This document shows, piece after piece, positions 21,277 to 31,297 of a stretch of 64,000 nucleotides of DNA (within the stretch, counting starts at the first letter, position 1; every line of letters begins with the position of its first letter). A program made the translations under genes and the position numbers. The notes beneath the pieces are model-generated. The model was not told where the DNA came from. It made no database searches and saw nothing but the letters and a program-made list of their open reading frames with translations. The stretch comes from Alphaproteobacteria bacterium (lineage in GTDB: Bacteria; Pseudomonadota; Alphaproteobacteria; UBA828), in assembly GCA_963422645.2 (NCBI GenBank), contig CAXXVO010000017.1:160001-224000 (forward strand). Direction: 5' to 3'.

Positions 21277-22203
21277 ATGAGCGAAGACGACAAACCTCCA
21301 TCTAGCAGCGACAGTGTCGGCGGCGACCGAAGCGGGCGGGTCCGCGCGTCGGTCGCGGGCCTGATCGGCAATTGGCTGCGCAAGGGGCTCGGCCGCGGCA
21401 ACGGCTTATCCTGGCGCGAGTCACTCGGCGAAGTCCTCGCTGAAGAGGAGATCGCCGAGCAGATCAGCCCGCATGAGCGCGACCTGCTGCTCAATCTTCT
21501 CCGCTTCGGCAGCCTGACCGCCGAAGACGCGATGGTGCCCCGCAACGACATCACGGCGGTCGAGATCACGGCTCCGCTGGACGAGGTCGTTGCCACCATC
21601 AAGGAGAAAGGCTATTCGCGCATGCCGCTCTACCGCGGCAATCTCGACGACATCGCCGGCATGATTCACATCCGCGACGTCATGCGCCATTGGGGCGGGG
21701 ACGGCCCCTTCGACCTGGAAGCGATCAGGCGCGAGATCCTGTTCGTGCCCGAGTCCATGCCGATCCCCGCCTTGCTGAAGGAAATGCGCGAGACGCGGCT
21801 GCACATGGCGGTGATCGTCGACGAGTACGGCGGCACTCACGGCCTGGTCACGATCGAGGACGTGGTGGAGGAGATCGTCGGCGAGATCGAGGACGAGCAC
21901 GACGAGATCGAGGCGCCGGCCCTGATCCGCCTTGCCGACGGCGCCATGGAGGCGGACGCGCGCGTGCGCGTCGACGAGCTGGAGCGCCATCTGGCGGTCC
22001 CGCTGCTCGACGGCGACGAGGAGGACGCGGTCGATACCCTCGGCGGGCTCGTGTTCACGCTCGCCGAGCGCGTGCCGCGTGTCGGCGAGCGAATATGCCA
22101 TCCGGCCGGCTTCGCCTTCGATGTGCTGGAGGCCGACCCGCGGCGGATCAAGAGGCTGCGCGTCAGCCGCACCGAATCACACCCGGCGCACGGTCGCCTG
22201 TGA
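21277..22203 (+). CDS. corC: CorC/HlyC CBS-domain protein
   Basis: MVPR, YSRMPLY, VDEYGGTHGLVTIED..EEIVGEIEDEHD, C-terminal CorC domain; GGAGG RBS. Confidence 0.88.
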   Translation: MSEDDKPPSSSDSVGGDRSGRVRASVAGLIGNWLRKGLGRGNGLSWRESLGEVLAEEEIAEQISPHERDLLLNLLRFGSLTAEDAMVPRNDITAVEITAPLDEVVATIKEKGYSRMPLYRGNLDDIAGMIHIRDVMRHWGGDGPFDLEAIRREILFVPESMPIPALLKEMRETRLHMAVIVDEYGGTHGLVTIEDVVEEIVGEIEDEHDEIEAPALIRLADGAMEADARVRVDELERHLAVPLLDGDEEDAVDTLGGLVFTLAERVPRVGERICHPAGFAFDVLEADPRRIKRLRVSRTESHPAHGRL

Positions 22204-23828
22204 GCGGCTTCGGCCGCTCCGCCGCCGCGCGGCTCACAGCGCTCGCGCATGCCCTCGGCGCCGCATCCGGCTGGCGCCGCTCGGGGATCGCCGCCGGCCT
22301 CGGTGCCCTCTCCGCGACCGCGCTGCCGCCGGGGCACGCACTCCCCCTGCTGGTGGTTTCGTTCACGGGCCTGGTCTGGTTGATCCACGCCAGCCGCTCG
22401 CCGTGGCGGGCCGCCGTCGCGGGCTGGTGGTTCGGCTTCGCTCACTTTCTCTTCAGCATTTACTGGATCGGTGCGGCCATGCTGACCGATCCCTCGCGCT
22501 TCGGCTGGATGGTGGCGCCGGCGGTGATCGGGCTCTCGGCGGGCTTTGCACTCTTCCCGGCGTTGGCTGCGTTCGCTACGCGGCTGCCCGCCCTGCCGAT
22601 CGCGGGCCGCGTGCTCGCCCTCGCCATCGCCTGGACCGCAGCCGAGTGGCTGCGCGGCAACATCCTGACCGGCTTTCCCATGAACCTGATGGGCACGGTC
22701 TGGATGCCATCCGTGGGCATGATCCAGTCCGTGGCCGTCGTCGGGGTCTATGGGCTGAGCTTCGTGACCATCCTCGGTGCGTCGGCACCGGCGGCCTTGG
22801 TGCCGCCGCTTGCGGACGAGCGCCGCGCCCGCTGGCCCTGGCTGCTGCCTGCCGTCGCGTTCGGGCTACTGGCAGCGGTCTGGGTCGGCGGGCAGGCGCG
22901 CCTTGCGCTGGCGCCCGATCATGCGCCGACCGAAGTCACGCTCCGCCTGGTTCAGGCCAATATCGATCAGACCCGGAAGTGGGAGGACGGCTCGCGCGAG
23001 GCGGGGCTCGCGCACCACGTCGTGCTCTCGCACGAGCCGGGGCTCGACGAGACGGACATCGTGATCTGGCCCGAGACGGCCGCGCCCTTTTTCCTGGACG
23101 AGAGCCCGACGCTCCAGGCCTTCGTGTCGCGGGCCGCGCCCTTCGGCGGTTACGTGATCACCGGTGCGCCCCGGCGCACGCGCTCGGCGGGGCGAACCAT
23201 TGCCGTCTGGAACAGCCTTCACACCCTGGGCCCGGAGGGCGTCATCACGGCCTCCTACGACAAGCATCACCTGGTGCCCTTCGGCGAGTACATGCCGCTG
23301 CGCGGGATCATCAATCTGCGCAGGTTGGCCTATGGGGCGGTCGACAGCTCCGCCGGGCCGGGGCCGCGCACGCTCAGGCTGCCCGGCGTGCCGCCCTTCA
23401 GCCCGCTGATCTGCTACGAGGCGATCTTCCCCGGCGAGGTGGTGGCCGACGGCACGGCGCGGGGCGATCGGCCGCAATGGCTGCTCAACGTCACCAACGA
23501 CGCATGGTTCGGGCACACGGCCGGGCCCTATCAGCACTTTCAGTCGGCTCGCCTCCGAGCCGTTGAAGAGGGCATGCCGCTGGTGCGGGTAGCGAACACC
23601 GGTATTTCCGCCGTCGTCGATTCCTACGGCCGCGTGGCTGGCCGGCTCGGGCTGGGAGAGATCGGCGTCCTCGACGCGCCGCTGCCGCCGGCGCTCGAGG
23701 CGCCGACGCCGATGGCCCGGCTCGGAGACTGGATCCTCGCGATTCTCCTGCTGATCGCATCAGCGGCCGCCCTCGCCATCGGCGTCCGGCACTGGTTGCG
23801 CGGCAGGCGGCCCGGTCAGGGCGAATAA
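22200..23828 (+). CDS. lnt: Apolipoprotein N-acyltransferase
   Basis: WPETA, YDKHHLVPFGEYMP, ICYEAIF, TNDAWFG, ANTGIS; GTGA overlap. Confidence 0.95.
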   Translation: MSGFGRSAAARLTALAHALGAASGWRRSGIAAGLGALSATALPPGHALPLLVVSFTGLVWLIHASRSPWRAAVAGWWFGFAHFLFSIYWIGAAMLTDPSRFGWMVAPAVIGLSAGFALFPALAAFATRLPALPIAGRVLALAIAWTAAEWLRGNILTGFPMNLMGTVWMPSVGMIQSVAVVGVYGLSFVTILGASAPAALVPPLADERRARWPWLLPAVAFGLLAAVWVGGQARLALAPDHAPTEVTLRLVQANIDQTRKWEDGSREAGLAHHVVLSHEPGLDETDIVIWPETAAPFFLDESPTLQAFVSRAAPFGGYVITGAPRRTRSAGRTIAVWNSLHTLGPEGVITASYDKHHLVPFGEYMPLRGIINLRRLAYGAVDSSAGPGPRTLRLPGVPPFSPLICYEAIFPGEVVADGTARGDRPQWLLNVTNDAWFGHTAGPYQHFQSARLRAVEEGMPLVRVANTGISAVVDSYGRVAGRLGLGEIGVLDAPLPPALEAPTPMARLGDWILAILLLIASAAALAIGVRHWLRGRRPGQGE

Positions 23829-24670
23829 GACCAGGGCGGCTCCCCGCCGCTGATTGTGGTTGCCAGCATCAGTGCGAAGGCTGCTGCGGCGTAAGCGTCG
23901 CCCCGGTCCAGAATGCCGCCGTGGCCGGGGATCAGCCGGCCCGAATCGTCCGCGCCGACCCGCCGCTTGAGGGCGGATTCGGCGAGGTCGCCCATCTGTC
24001 CCACGATCGAGCCGAGCACGCCGGCCACAGCCAGCAGGGCGAGCGAGGGGCGCTCCGCCACCCAGCCGGCGAGCGGCATTAGCCAGCCCAGCAGGATGCT
24101 CGCGCCCACCGCCGCGACCACACCGCCGGCCGCGCCGGCCCAGGTCTTGGCCGGGCTGATGCGGGGCGCGAGGCGGGGGCCACCGAAGGTTCTGCCGGCC
24201 GCGTAGGCTCCGCTGTCGCTCGCCCAAACCACGGCGAAGAGCCAGAAGACCGTGGCTCGGCCCGCCGGATCGTCTCCGCGCAGCGCGAGGGTGGCGACGA
24301 CGAGCAGGAGGATGATGCCAGCCCCCACCAGCCCCGTCGCGCGCTCCCGCAAGCGCCCACGCTCCGCCCCTGCGACGACGAGCGCGGCCGCCGCAGCGGC
24401 GGCTGCGGCTGCAAGGGCGCCAACCGTGGCGAAGAGCGCGCAGGCTGCAGCCAGGCCCGCGATGCCGGCCACGCTCGCGGCATCCACAGCCGGCCGGCCC
24501 AGAAGCCTGCGCAATTCGAACCAGGCAAGCACCCCCGCCGCTCCCGCAGCGGCGATGAAGACGGGGCCGCCCAAATATGCCGTGCCCAGGGCAACGGGTA
24601 CGAGAACCGCAGCCGACGCTGCGCGTAGACCGAGGCCGCTCCCGCCGCCCGTCGCCCGCTGGCCCGTCAT
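23816..24670 (-). CDS. cdsA: Phosphatidate cytidylyltransferase
   Basis: WASDSGAY..GR, ISPAKTW.G, GDLAESALKRR...DSGRLIPGHGGILDR.D. Confidence 0.9.
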   Translation of the reverse strand: MTGQRATGGGSGLGLRAASAAVLVPVALGTAYLGGPVFIAAAGAAGVLAWFELRRLLGRPAVDAASVAGIAGLAAACALFATVGALAAAAAAAAAALVVAGAERGRLRERATGLVGAGIILLLVVATLALRGDDPAGRATVFWLFAVVWASDSGAYAAGRTFGGPRLAPRISPAKTWAGAAGGVVAAVGASILLGWLMPLAGWVAERPSLALLAVAGVLGSIVGQMGDLAESALKRRVGADDSGRLIPGHGGILDRGDAYAAAAFALMLATTISGGEPPWSYSP

Positions 24671-24928
24671 GCCCGATTCTTCTGCCACATCAATGCCACA
24701 ATCGACCCTTAAATCAGGTTGCGGGTGACGGTGAAGCGCTTCGTCCCTCCCGCTGTCTCCCACACGACTGGTCGGTCCTCCGGCTGGGGCGGTCCTTGCG
24801 GCCGCCCCAGTTCTTTGTGGGTCTCGGCCGCGCGCGCGCCTGGCGCCGCCGGCCCCGTCGGGGCGCCATTCCGGCTATGCGGTCGATGGGATAGCATGGC
24901 GCCCCATCGCCGACCACAGGACTTCGCC

Positions 24929-25363
24929 ATGCCGATCACGCCGATCCATCATATCCCCCTCAAGCCGGAATACCGCAGCCCCTTCAGCGCCGCCTTCGCG
25001 GTGGAGAACGCGCGGTTGCTGCTGTTCTCGGGCTGCGGGCCGATCCCGATTTATCACGCGCACCCGCACGATCCGGTGGCCGAGGCGGAGTGGCTGGCAG
25101 GCGGCATCCGCCAGCAGACCGAGAAGACCTTCGGCAACATCGGCACCATCCTGGAGGCGGCGAGGGCCGACTTTTCCCAGATCGTCAAGCTCAACATCTA
25201 TCTCACGGACATGTCGGGGCAGAACGTCGTGAACGAGATCTCCGCTCGAATTTTCGACCCAGCGAACCCGCCGCCGCGCACCCTTGTCGGCGTGACAGAA
25301 CTCGCCCACCCCGGAATGCTGATCGAGATCGAGGGCATGGTGGCGACGCCGCTCGGCGCCTGA
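24929..25363 (+). CDS. RidA/YjgF family protein
   Basis: IVKLNIYLTDM, PPPRTLVGV..L...LIEIE. Confidence 0.85.
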   Translation: MPITPIHHIPLKPEYRSPFSAAFAVENARLLLFSGCGPIPIYHAHPHDPVAEAEWLAGGIRQQTEKTFGNIGTILEAARADFSQIVKLNIYLTDMSGQNVVNEISARIFDPANPPPRTLVGVTELAHPGMLIEIEGMVATPLGA

Positions 25364-25481
25364 GCGGCCTTCCGGCCGTTTGATCGGGCCCGCGGGCGGC
25401 GGCACAATGAGCCAGAACAAGAACGAGCAAGGGCGATAAACGCATACCGCCCGGCGCGCGGGCGGAGAAGGGGAGGCGGTC

Positions 25482-26558
25482 ATGCAGAACGGAGCAATCA
25501 GGGTGCTCGTGGTGGGCGTCGGCAACATGGGGCTTAGCCACGCACTCGCATACGACAAGATCGAGGGCTTCGAGATCGTCGGGCTGTGCAGCCGCAGCAT
25601 TCGCGGGCGCAACGACCTGCCCGCTGAGCTCGCGTCGCTGCCCCGCTACGAGAGCGTCGACGAGGCGCTTGCCGAAGTCCGGCCCGATGCGGTCTCGATC
25701 AACACCTACCCAAACACGCACGAGGAATTCTGCCTCAAGGCCTTCGACGCTGGCTGCCACGTCTTCGTCGAGAAGCCGCTGGCCACCACCGTGGAGGGTG
25801 CCCAGGCGGTGGTGGACAAGGCGCGCGAGACCGGCAAGAAGCTGGTGATCGGCTATATCCTCCGCGTGCATCCCGCCTGGCAGGAGTTCATCGAACGCGC
25901 GCGGACTCTCGGCAAACCGCTGGTCATGCGCATGAACCTCAACCAGCAGAGCCGGGGGCCGGCCTGGAACTGGCACCGCAACCTGATGGAGTCGCTGACG
26001 CCCATCGTCGATTGCGGGGTCCACTACGTGGACGTCATGTGCCAGATGACCGGCGCCCAGCCGGTGCGTGTGCACGGTATCGGCGCGCAGCTCTCCGACC
26101 AGACCAAGCGGCAGAACTACGGCCACCTTCACGTCGAGTTCGATGACGGCTCGGTGGGCTGGTACGAGGCCGGCTGGGGCCCGATGATGAGCGAGGTCGC
26201 GTTCTTCGTGAAGGATGTGGTCGGGCCCAAGGGCTGCGTCAGCATCGTCATGCCGCAGGAGGGGCAGGACCACGCGGCCTCCGACGACATCGACTCGCAC
26301 ACCAAGACCAATGCTTTGCTCTGCCATTCCAGCGAAATCGACGAGGCCAACAACTTCGTGCACGAGGACGAGTGGGTCGACATGGCCGACGAGCCGACCC
26401 ATCAGGAGCTGTGCGACCGCGAACAGGCGTTCCTGCTCCAGGCGATCCGCGAGGACCTCGACCTCTCGGAGCACATGGAGAGCGCGGTCAACAGCCTGCG
26501 CATCGTCATCGCCGCCGACGAGAGCATCAAGCGTCGGGAGGTCGTGCATCTCGCCTGA
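25482..26558 (+). CDS. Gfo/Idh/MocA family oxidoreductase
   Basis: VVGVGNMG Rossmann motif, HVFVEKPLA, DCGVHYVD. Confidence 0.9.
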   Translation: MQNGAIRVLVVGVGNMGLSHALAYDKIEGFEIVGLCSRSIRGRNDLPAELASLPRYESVDEALAEVRPDAVSINTYPNTHEEFCLKAFDAGCHVFVEKPLATTVEGAQAVVDKARETGKKLVIGYILRVHPAWQEFIERARTLGKPLVMRMNLNQQSRGPAWNWHRNLMESLTPIVDCGVHYVDVMCQMTGAQPVRVHGIGAQLSDQTKRQNYGHLHVEFDDGSVGWYEAGWGPMMSEVAFFVKDVVGPKGCVSIVMPQEGQDHAASDDIDSHTKTNALLCHSSEIDEANNFVHEDEWVDMADEPTHQELCDREQAFLLQAIREDLDLSEHMESAVNSLRIVIAADESIKRREVVHLA

Positions 26559-26621
26559 CCGGCGCATCTTCGCGACCGGGCACGCAATGGGAGGCCTGAA
26601 AGGGCCAAGGGGAGGCGTATC

Positions 26622-28049
26622 ATGGCATCGGCGGATCTCGAACTCTGTTATCTGACGGCGAGCGAGGCGCTGGAGCGCTTCAGGGCGCGCACGCTCTCGC
26701 CGGTCGAGCTGCTGGACGCGCAGATCGCGCGCGCGCAGGCGATCAACCCCAAGGTCAACGCCATCACCTACGACTTCTTCGACCGGGCGCGCGAGCAGGC
26801 GCAGAAGGCCGAGGCCAAGTACGGCAAGACCGACGGCCGCCTCCGTGCCCTCGAAGGGATACCGGTGGCGATCAAGGACTTCCACCCGGTCAAGGGCGAG
26901 ATCACCACCTTCGGCTCCAAGATCTTCGAGGATTTCAGGCCGGACTACACCGCGGCGACGGTGGACCGGCTGCTGCGCGCCGGCGCCATCATGCACATGC
27001 GCACCACGTCGCCGGAGTTCGCCTATTCCGGCGCGACCCACAGCCCGCTCTGGGGCATCACGCCCAATCCGTGGAACCTGGAATACACCTCGGGCGGCTC
27101 TTCCGGCGGCGCGGGCGCGGCGGTCGCCGGCGGCATGACCACTTTGGCCGACGGCACCGACGGCGGCGGCTCGATCCGCATTCCGGCCTCGGCGTGCGGC
27201 ATCTTCGGCTACAAGCCGCCCTTCGGCCGCAACCCGCTGGACCGCGACCATCCGCTTGAGACCATCCTGCACTATGGCCCCATGGTCCGGAGCGTCGGCG
27301 ACGCCGCGTTGATGCAGAACGTCATGTCGGGGCCCCATCTGGACGATCTCTGCAGCCTGCCGAACAAGGTGCGGCTGCCTGCGACCCACGACGATATCCG
27401 CGGCTGGAAGGTCGCCTTTTCAATGGACCTCGACTACCTCCAGATCGACCCGGAGGTGCAGGAGAACACGCGGCGTGCGGCCGACACCTTGCGCGAGCTC
27501 GGCTGCACCGTGGAGGAGGTCGATGTCGGCTGGAACTTCGGCGTCCTCGATTGCTGGATGACGTGGTGGGAGGGCCTCTTCGCCGGGATCGCCGGCCATT
27601 TTCTGCCCCGCTGGCGCTACGAGATGGACCCCTTCGTCGTCAGGCTTCTGGAGAGCGGGCTCGGCCACAGCGCGGCGCGGCTCTATCAATGCCAGGTGTT
27701 CCGCGGATGGATGTGGCAGCAGCTGCAGCCGATCCTCAAGTCCTACAACATCCTGATCTGCCCGACGCTCGCGGTGCCGGCGGTCAAGGCCGACCACGAC
27801 GACGCCGATCCCAACTTCGAAATCAACGGGGTTCCGCTGCCGGCCTACGTCGGCTGGGTCTGCACCAACCCCTTCAACCTGGTGAGCCAGTGCCCGGCGA
27901 TGAGCGTGCCGACCGGCTTCTCGTCATACGGTGTGCCCACCGGCATGCAGATCGTTGGCCGGCCCTACGACGATCTGAGCGTGTTCCGCGCTGCCGCCGC
28001 TTTCGAGGGTGCGACCCAGCCCTGGCGCGACAAGCGGCCCGCAATCTAG
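26622..28049 (+). CDS. Amidase (amidase signature family)
   Basis: GIPVAIKD, GGSSGGAGAA, GTDGGGSIRIPAS. Confidence 0.92.
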   Translation: MASADLELCYLTASEALERFRARTLSPVELLDAQIARAQAINPKVNAITYDFFDRAREQAQKAEAKYGKTDGRLRALEGIPVAIKDFHPVKGEITTFGSKIFEDFRPDYTAATVDRLLRAGAIMHMRTTSPEFAYSGATHSPLWGITPNPWNLEYTSGGSSGGAGAAVAGGMTTLADGTDGGGSIRIPASACGIFGYKPPFGRNPLDRDHPLETILHYGPMVRSVGDAALMQNVMSGPHLDDLCSLPNKVRLPATHDDIRGWKVAFSMDLDYLQIDPEVQENTRRAADTLRELGCTVEEVDVGWNFGVLDCWMTWWEGLFAGIAGHFLPRWRYEMDPFVVRLLESGLGHSAARLYQCQVFRGWMWQQLQPILKSYNILICPTLAVPAVKADHDDADPNFEINGVPLPAYVGWVCTNPFNLVSQCPAMSVPTGFSSYGVPTGMQIVGRPYDDLSVFRAAAAFEGATQPWRDKRPAI

Positions 28050-28080
28050 GAGCCAAGGGCCGGACCATAAGGAGGACGCA

Positions 28081-28710
28081 ATGAAGCTTTACAGTTGGGG
28101 TGCTGCGCCCAATCCGCGCCGGGTGCTGATCTACATGGCGGAGAAGGGCATCGAGATCCCGGTGGTGGAGGCCGGCGAAGGCGCGCATCTCACGGACGAC
28201 TTCCTCGCCCGCTACGACGGGCGCATGGTGCCGATGCTGGAGCTCGACGACGGCACGCAGATCGGCGAGGCGATGGCGATCTGCCGCTTCCTCGAAGAGG
28301 CGTATCCGGCCCCGCCGCTCTTCGGTGTGAACCGGCGGGACCGTGCTCTTGTCGACATGTGGGAGCGACGCGCAGAGACCGAATGCTTCGCCGGCGCGGC
28401 GGAGGTGTTCCGCAATTCCGCTCCCGCTTTCGCGGACCGGGGCCTGCCGGGGTTCGAAGAACCGATCGAGCAGATTCCGGCTTTGATCGAGCGCGGCAAG
28501 AAGCGTCTCGCCCGCTTCTATGGGCGTATCGAGCGCCAACTTGCGGACAACCGGTTCATCGCCGGTCCCCGTTTTAGCGTCGCCGACATCACCGCGCTCT
28601 GCATCATCGACTTCGCGACCAAGGGCGCCAAGGTCGGGCTGCCGGAGGATCACACCAACGCCTGGCGCTGGCACGCCGAGGTTTCCGCCCGCCCCAGCAT
28701 CGCCGGCTAG
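28081..28710 (+). CDS. Glutathione S-transferase family protein
   Basis: APNPRRV, VPMLELDDG..I.E..AI, FSVADI; AGGAGG RBS. Confidence 0.9.
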   Translation: MKLYSWGAAPNPRRVLIYMAEKGIEIPVVEAGEGAHLTDDFLARYDGRMVPMLELDDGTQIGEAMAICRFLEEAYPAPPLFGVNRRDRALVDMWERRAETECFAGAAEVFRNSAPAFADRGLPGFEEPIEQIPALIERGKKRLARFYGRIERQLADNRFIAGPRFSVADITALCIIDFATKGAKVGLPEDHTNAWRWHAEVSARPSIAG

Positions 28711-28749
28711 CCGGCGGCGGGACCGGTCAGAGAACCTTGGGTAAGGTCC

Positions 28750-28778
28750 TTGCGCTGGCCTTCAATTGTAGCTACATT
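28750..28778 (+). promoter_or_regulatory. TA promoter with palindromic operator
   Basis: TTGCGC-N17-TACATT overlapped by palindrome TGTAGCTACA (28767-28776). Confidence 0.65.
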
Positions 28779-28804
28779 AAAGCTACGCATTCGGAGTGAG
28801 ACAA

Positions 28805-29062
28805 ATGAGCTCTGATTCGGTGGTGAGGGCTCGCATCGACAGCGACACCAAGGCACGGGCCACGGAAGCACTGAGTGCCATGGGCCTGACGGTGTCCGAC
28901 GCGATCCGCCTCATGTTGCTGCGCGTGGCGGACGAGAAGCGGTTGCCGTTCGCAGTACAGGCGCCGAACGCCACCACCGTCAAAGCCATGAAGGAGCTGG
29001 AAGCGGGCAAGGGCAAGCGCTTCAACGACGCGGACGAGCTGTTCGAGGACATCGGCGCCTGA
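28805..29062 (+). CDS. dinJ: RelB/DinJ family antitoxin
   Basis: VVRARID...A...L..MGLTVSDAIRL.L......LPF...PNATT. Confidence 0.9.
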   Translation: MSSDSVVRARIDSDTKARATEALSAMGLTVSDAIRLMLLRVADEKRLPFAVQAPNATTVKAMKELEAGKGKRFNDADELFEDIGA

Positions 29063-29063
29063 C

Positions 29064-29336
29064 GTGCTCAATCCGGTCCGCTCCACGCAGTTCAGGCGTG
29101 ACGTGAAGCGGATGCAGAGGCGTGGCAAAGACCTGAGAAAGCTCCGCCCGCCGCTGGCGACATTGCTCCGACAAGCTCCACTTCCCACCCGCTATCGCGA
29201 TCACCCGCTACGAGGCAACTGGCGGGGTTATCGTGAATTCCACATTGAGGCGGATTGGTTGCTGATCTACCGCGTCGAGGGAGACGAATTGCAGCTGGTC
29301 CGCACGGGCTCCCACGCCGACCTCTTCAACGAGTGA
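29064..29336 (+). CDS. yafQ: YafQ family toxin
   Basis: FRRDVK, DHPLRGNWRGYREFHIEADWLLIY, RTGSHADLF. Confidence 0.92.
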   Translation: MLNPVRSTQFRRDVKRMQRRGKDLRKLRPPLATLLRQAPLPTRYRDHPLRGNWRGYREFHIEADWLLIYRVEGDELQLVRTGSHADLFNE

Positions 29337-29358
29337 CACTAAGGGCTTGGCCTGCGGC

Positions 29359-29387
29359 TTGCTGCGGATCGGGGCACACCCTAGACT
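29359..29387 (+). promoter_or_regulatory. Putative xseB promoter
   Basis: TTGCTG-N17-TAGACT 6 bp before the ATG (would give a leaderless transcript). Confidence 0.4.
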
Positions 29388-29393
29388 CTTTGC

Positions 29394-29642
29394 ATGGGCG
29401 AGGGCGGAGAGAAGGACGGCGAGGCGCAGACCTTCGAGGGCGCGATGCGCGAGCTCGAAGGGATCGTGCACGAGCTGGAGGCCGGCGAGACCGGCCTCGA
29501 AGCGGCGATCGCGGCGTATGAGCGCGGCGTCAAGTTGAAGACCTTCTGCGAAGAGAAGCTCAGGCAGGCCGAGCTCCGGGTCGAGAAGATCGATAGCGAT
29601 GCGGCCGGCAACGTCCGCACGGAGCCCTTCGAGACCGGCTGA
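29394..29642 (+). CDS. xseB: Exodeoxyribonuclease VII small subunit
   Basis: TFEGAMRELEGIV..LE.G...LE.AI..YERG..L...C. Confidence 0.92.
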   Translation: MGEGGEKDGEAQTFEGAMRELEGIVHELEAGETGLEAAIAAYERGVKLKTFCEEKLRQAELRVEKIDSDAAGNVRTEPFETG

Positions 29643-29651
29643 GGACGCCGG

Positions 29652-30539
29652 GTGAGTTCGCTTGAGGGTGCGCTCCGCGAGGCCGCAGAAGCCGTAGACG
29701 AAGCGCTCGAATCGCTGGTTCCCGCGCAGGGCGGCGCCGACGGGCGGCTCTTCGAGGCGATGCGCTACTCCCTCTTCGCCGGCGGCAAGCGGCTCAGACC
29801 CTTCCTCGTCCTCTCGGGCGCCGACCTCTTCGAGGTGCCGCGCGCTTGGTCCGTCTATACCGCCGCCGCCATCGAAATGGTGCATACCTACTCGCTGGTC
29901 CACGACGACCTGCCCGCGATGGACGACGACGACCTGCGCCGGGGCAAGCCGACCTGCCATATCACCTTCGACGAGGCGACCGCGATCCTCGTGGGCGATT
30001 CCCTGCTCACGCTCGCCTTCGAGGCGGTGACGACTCCGGCCGGACATCCGGACGCCGCCGTGCGTGCCGAACTCGCCTGCGCGCTGGCGCAGGCGGCCGG
30101 CGCAGACGGCATGGCCGGCGGTCAGGCGATCGACCTCGCGGCGGAAAGCCGGAATCTCACCCTCGACGAGGTGATCCGCCTGCAGCAGCTCAAGACCGGC
30201 GCGCTCTTCGGCTTCTCCTGCGAGGCCGGCGCCATCCTCGCGCGGGAGGACGGTGCGGCGCGCAAGGCGCTCCGCGACTATGCCGCGTGCATCGGTCTCG
30301 CGTTCCAGATCGCCGACGACCTGCTCGACCACGAGGGCTCGGAGGCCGACCTCGGCAAGGCGGTGGGCAAGGACGCCGCCGCCGGCAAGGCAACCTTCGT
30401 GGGCCTCCTGGGTGCCGAAGAGGCACGCTGGCGGGCCGAGGCGCTGGCGGATGACGCCATCGCGGCGCTCGACCCCTTCGACGAGAAGGCCGCGCCGCTT
30501 CGCGCCGTCGCCCGCTATATCGTGGAGCGGCGCCACTGA
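29652..30539 (+). CDS. ispA: Farnesyl diphosphate synthase
   Basis: GGKRLRP, SLVHDDLPAMDDDDLRRGKPT, KTGAL, FQIADDLLD. Confidence 0.95.
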   Translation: MSSLEGALREAAEAVDEALESLVPAQGGADGRLFEAMRYSLFAGGKRLRPFLVLSGADLFEVPRAWSVYTAAAIEMVHTYSLVHDDLPAMDDDDLRRGKPTCHITFDEATAILVGDSLLTLAFEAVTTPAGHPDAAVRAELACALAQAAGADGMAGGQAIDLAAESRNLTLDEVIRLQQLKTGALFGFSCEAGAILAREDGAARKALRDYAACIGLAFQIADDLLDHEGSEADLGKAVGKDAAAGKATFVGLLGAEEARWRAEALADDAIAALDPFDEKAAPLRAVARYIVERRH

Positions 30540-31288
30540 GCCGCGAGGCGCGGGGCAAGGAGCGGCTCGACACCCTGCTGGTTGCCCGCGGCCTCGCCGA
30601 GACCAGGGCCAGGGCGCAGGCGCTGCTGCTGGCGGGCCGGGTCTACTCAGGCGAGCGCCGGCTCGAGAAGCCGGGTATGCAGGTCGACCACGCGCTCCCG
30701 CTCACGGTGAGGGGCACCGACCACCCCTGGGTCTCGCGCGGCGGCATCAAGCTGGACCACGCGCTCACGCATTTCGAGATCGACCCGAGCGGGCTGATCG
30801 CGCTGGATATCGGCGCCTCCACTGGCGGCTTCACTGATGTGCTCTGCCAGCGGGGCGCACGGAGGGTCTACGCGGTCGATGTCGGCTATGGCCAGCTCGA
30901 CGTACGCCTGCGCGACGATGCCCGCATCGCGGTGCTGGAGCGGACCAACGCGCGCTACCTCTCGCGGGCCGAGGTGCCGGAGCCGATCGACCTGATCGTC
31001 TGCGACGCGAGCTTCATCGGCCTGCGCACGATCCTGCCGGCCCCGCTCGCGCTCGCCCGGCCCGGCGCGCGCCTCATCGCCCTGATCAAGCCGCAGTTCG
31101 AGGCCGGGCGTGGCCGCGTGGGCAAGGGCGGCATCGTCCGCGACCCCGCCGTTCACGCTGACGTCTGCGAAACGATCCGTGACTGGCTCGCCGGGGAGGG
31201 CTGGCCGGTGATCGGCCTCACGGAAAGCCCGATCAAGGGCCGCGACGGCAACACCGAGTTCCTGATCGCTGCGCGGAGTGCATCGTAA
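30536..31288 (+). CDS. tlyA: TlyA family rRNA methyltransferase; probable CTG start
   Basis: S4 domain RLDTLLVARGLAETRARAQ lies upstream of the first ATG; VSRGGIKL, DIGASTGGFTD, KPQFEAG. Confidence 0.9.
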   Translation: MSREARGKERLDTLLVARGLAETRARAQALLLAGRVYSGERRLEKPGMQVDHALPLTVRGTDHPWVSRGGIKLDHALTHFEIDPSGLIALDIGASTGGFTDVLCQRGARRVYAVDVGYGQLDVRLRDDARIAVLERTNARYLSRAEVPEPIDLIVCDASFIGLRTILPAPLALARPGARLIALIKPQFEAGRGRVGKGGIVRDPAVHADVCETIRDWLAGEGWPVIGLTESPIKGRDGNTEFLIAARSAS

Positions 31289-31297
31289 GGGGTTCAA

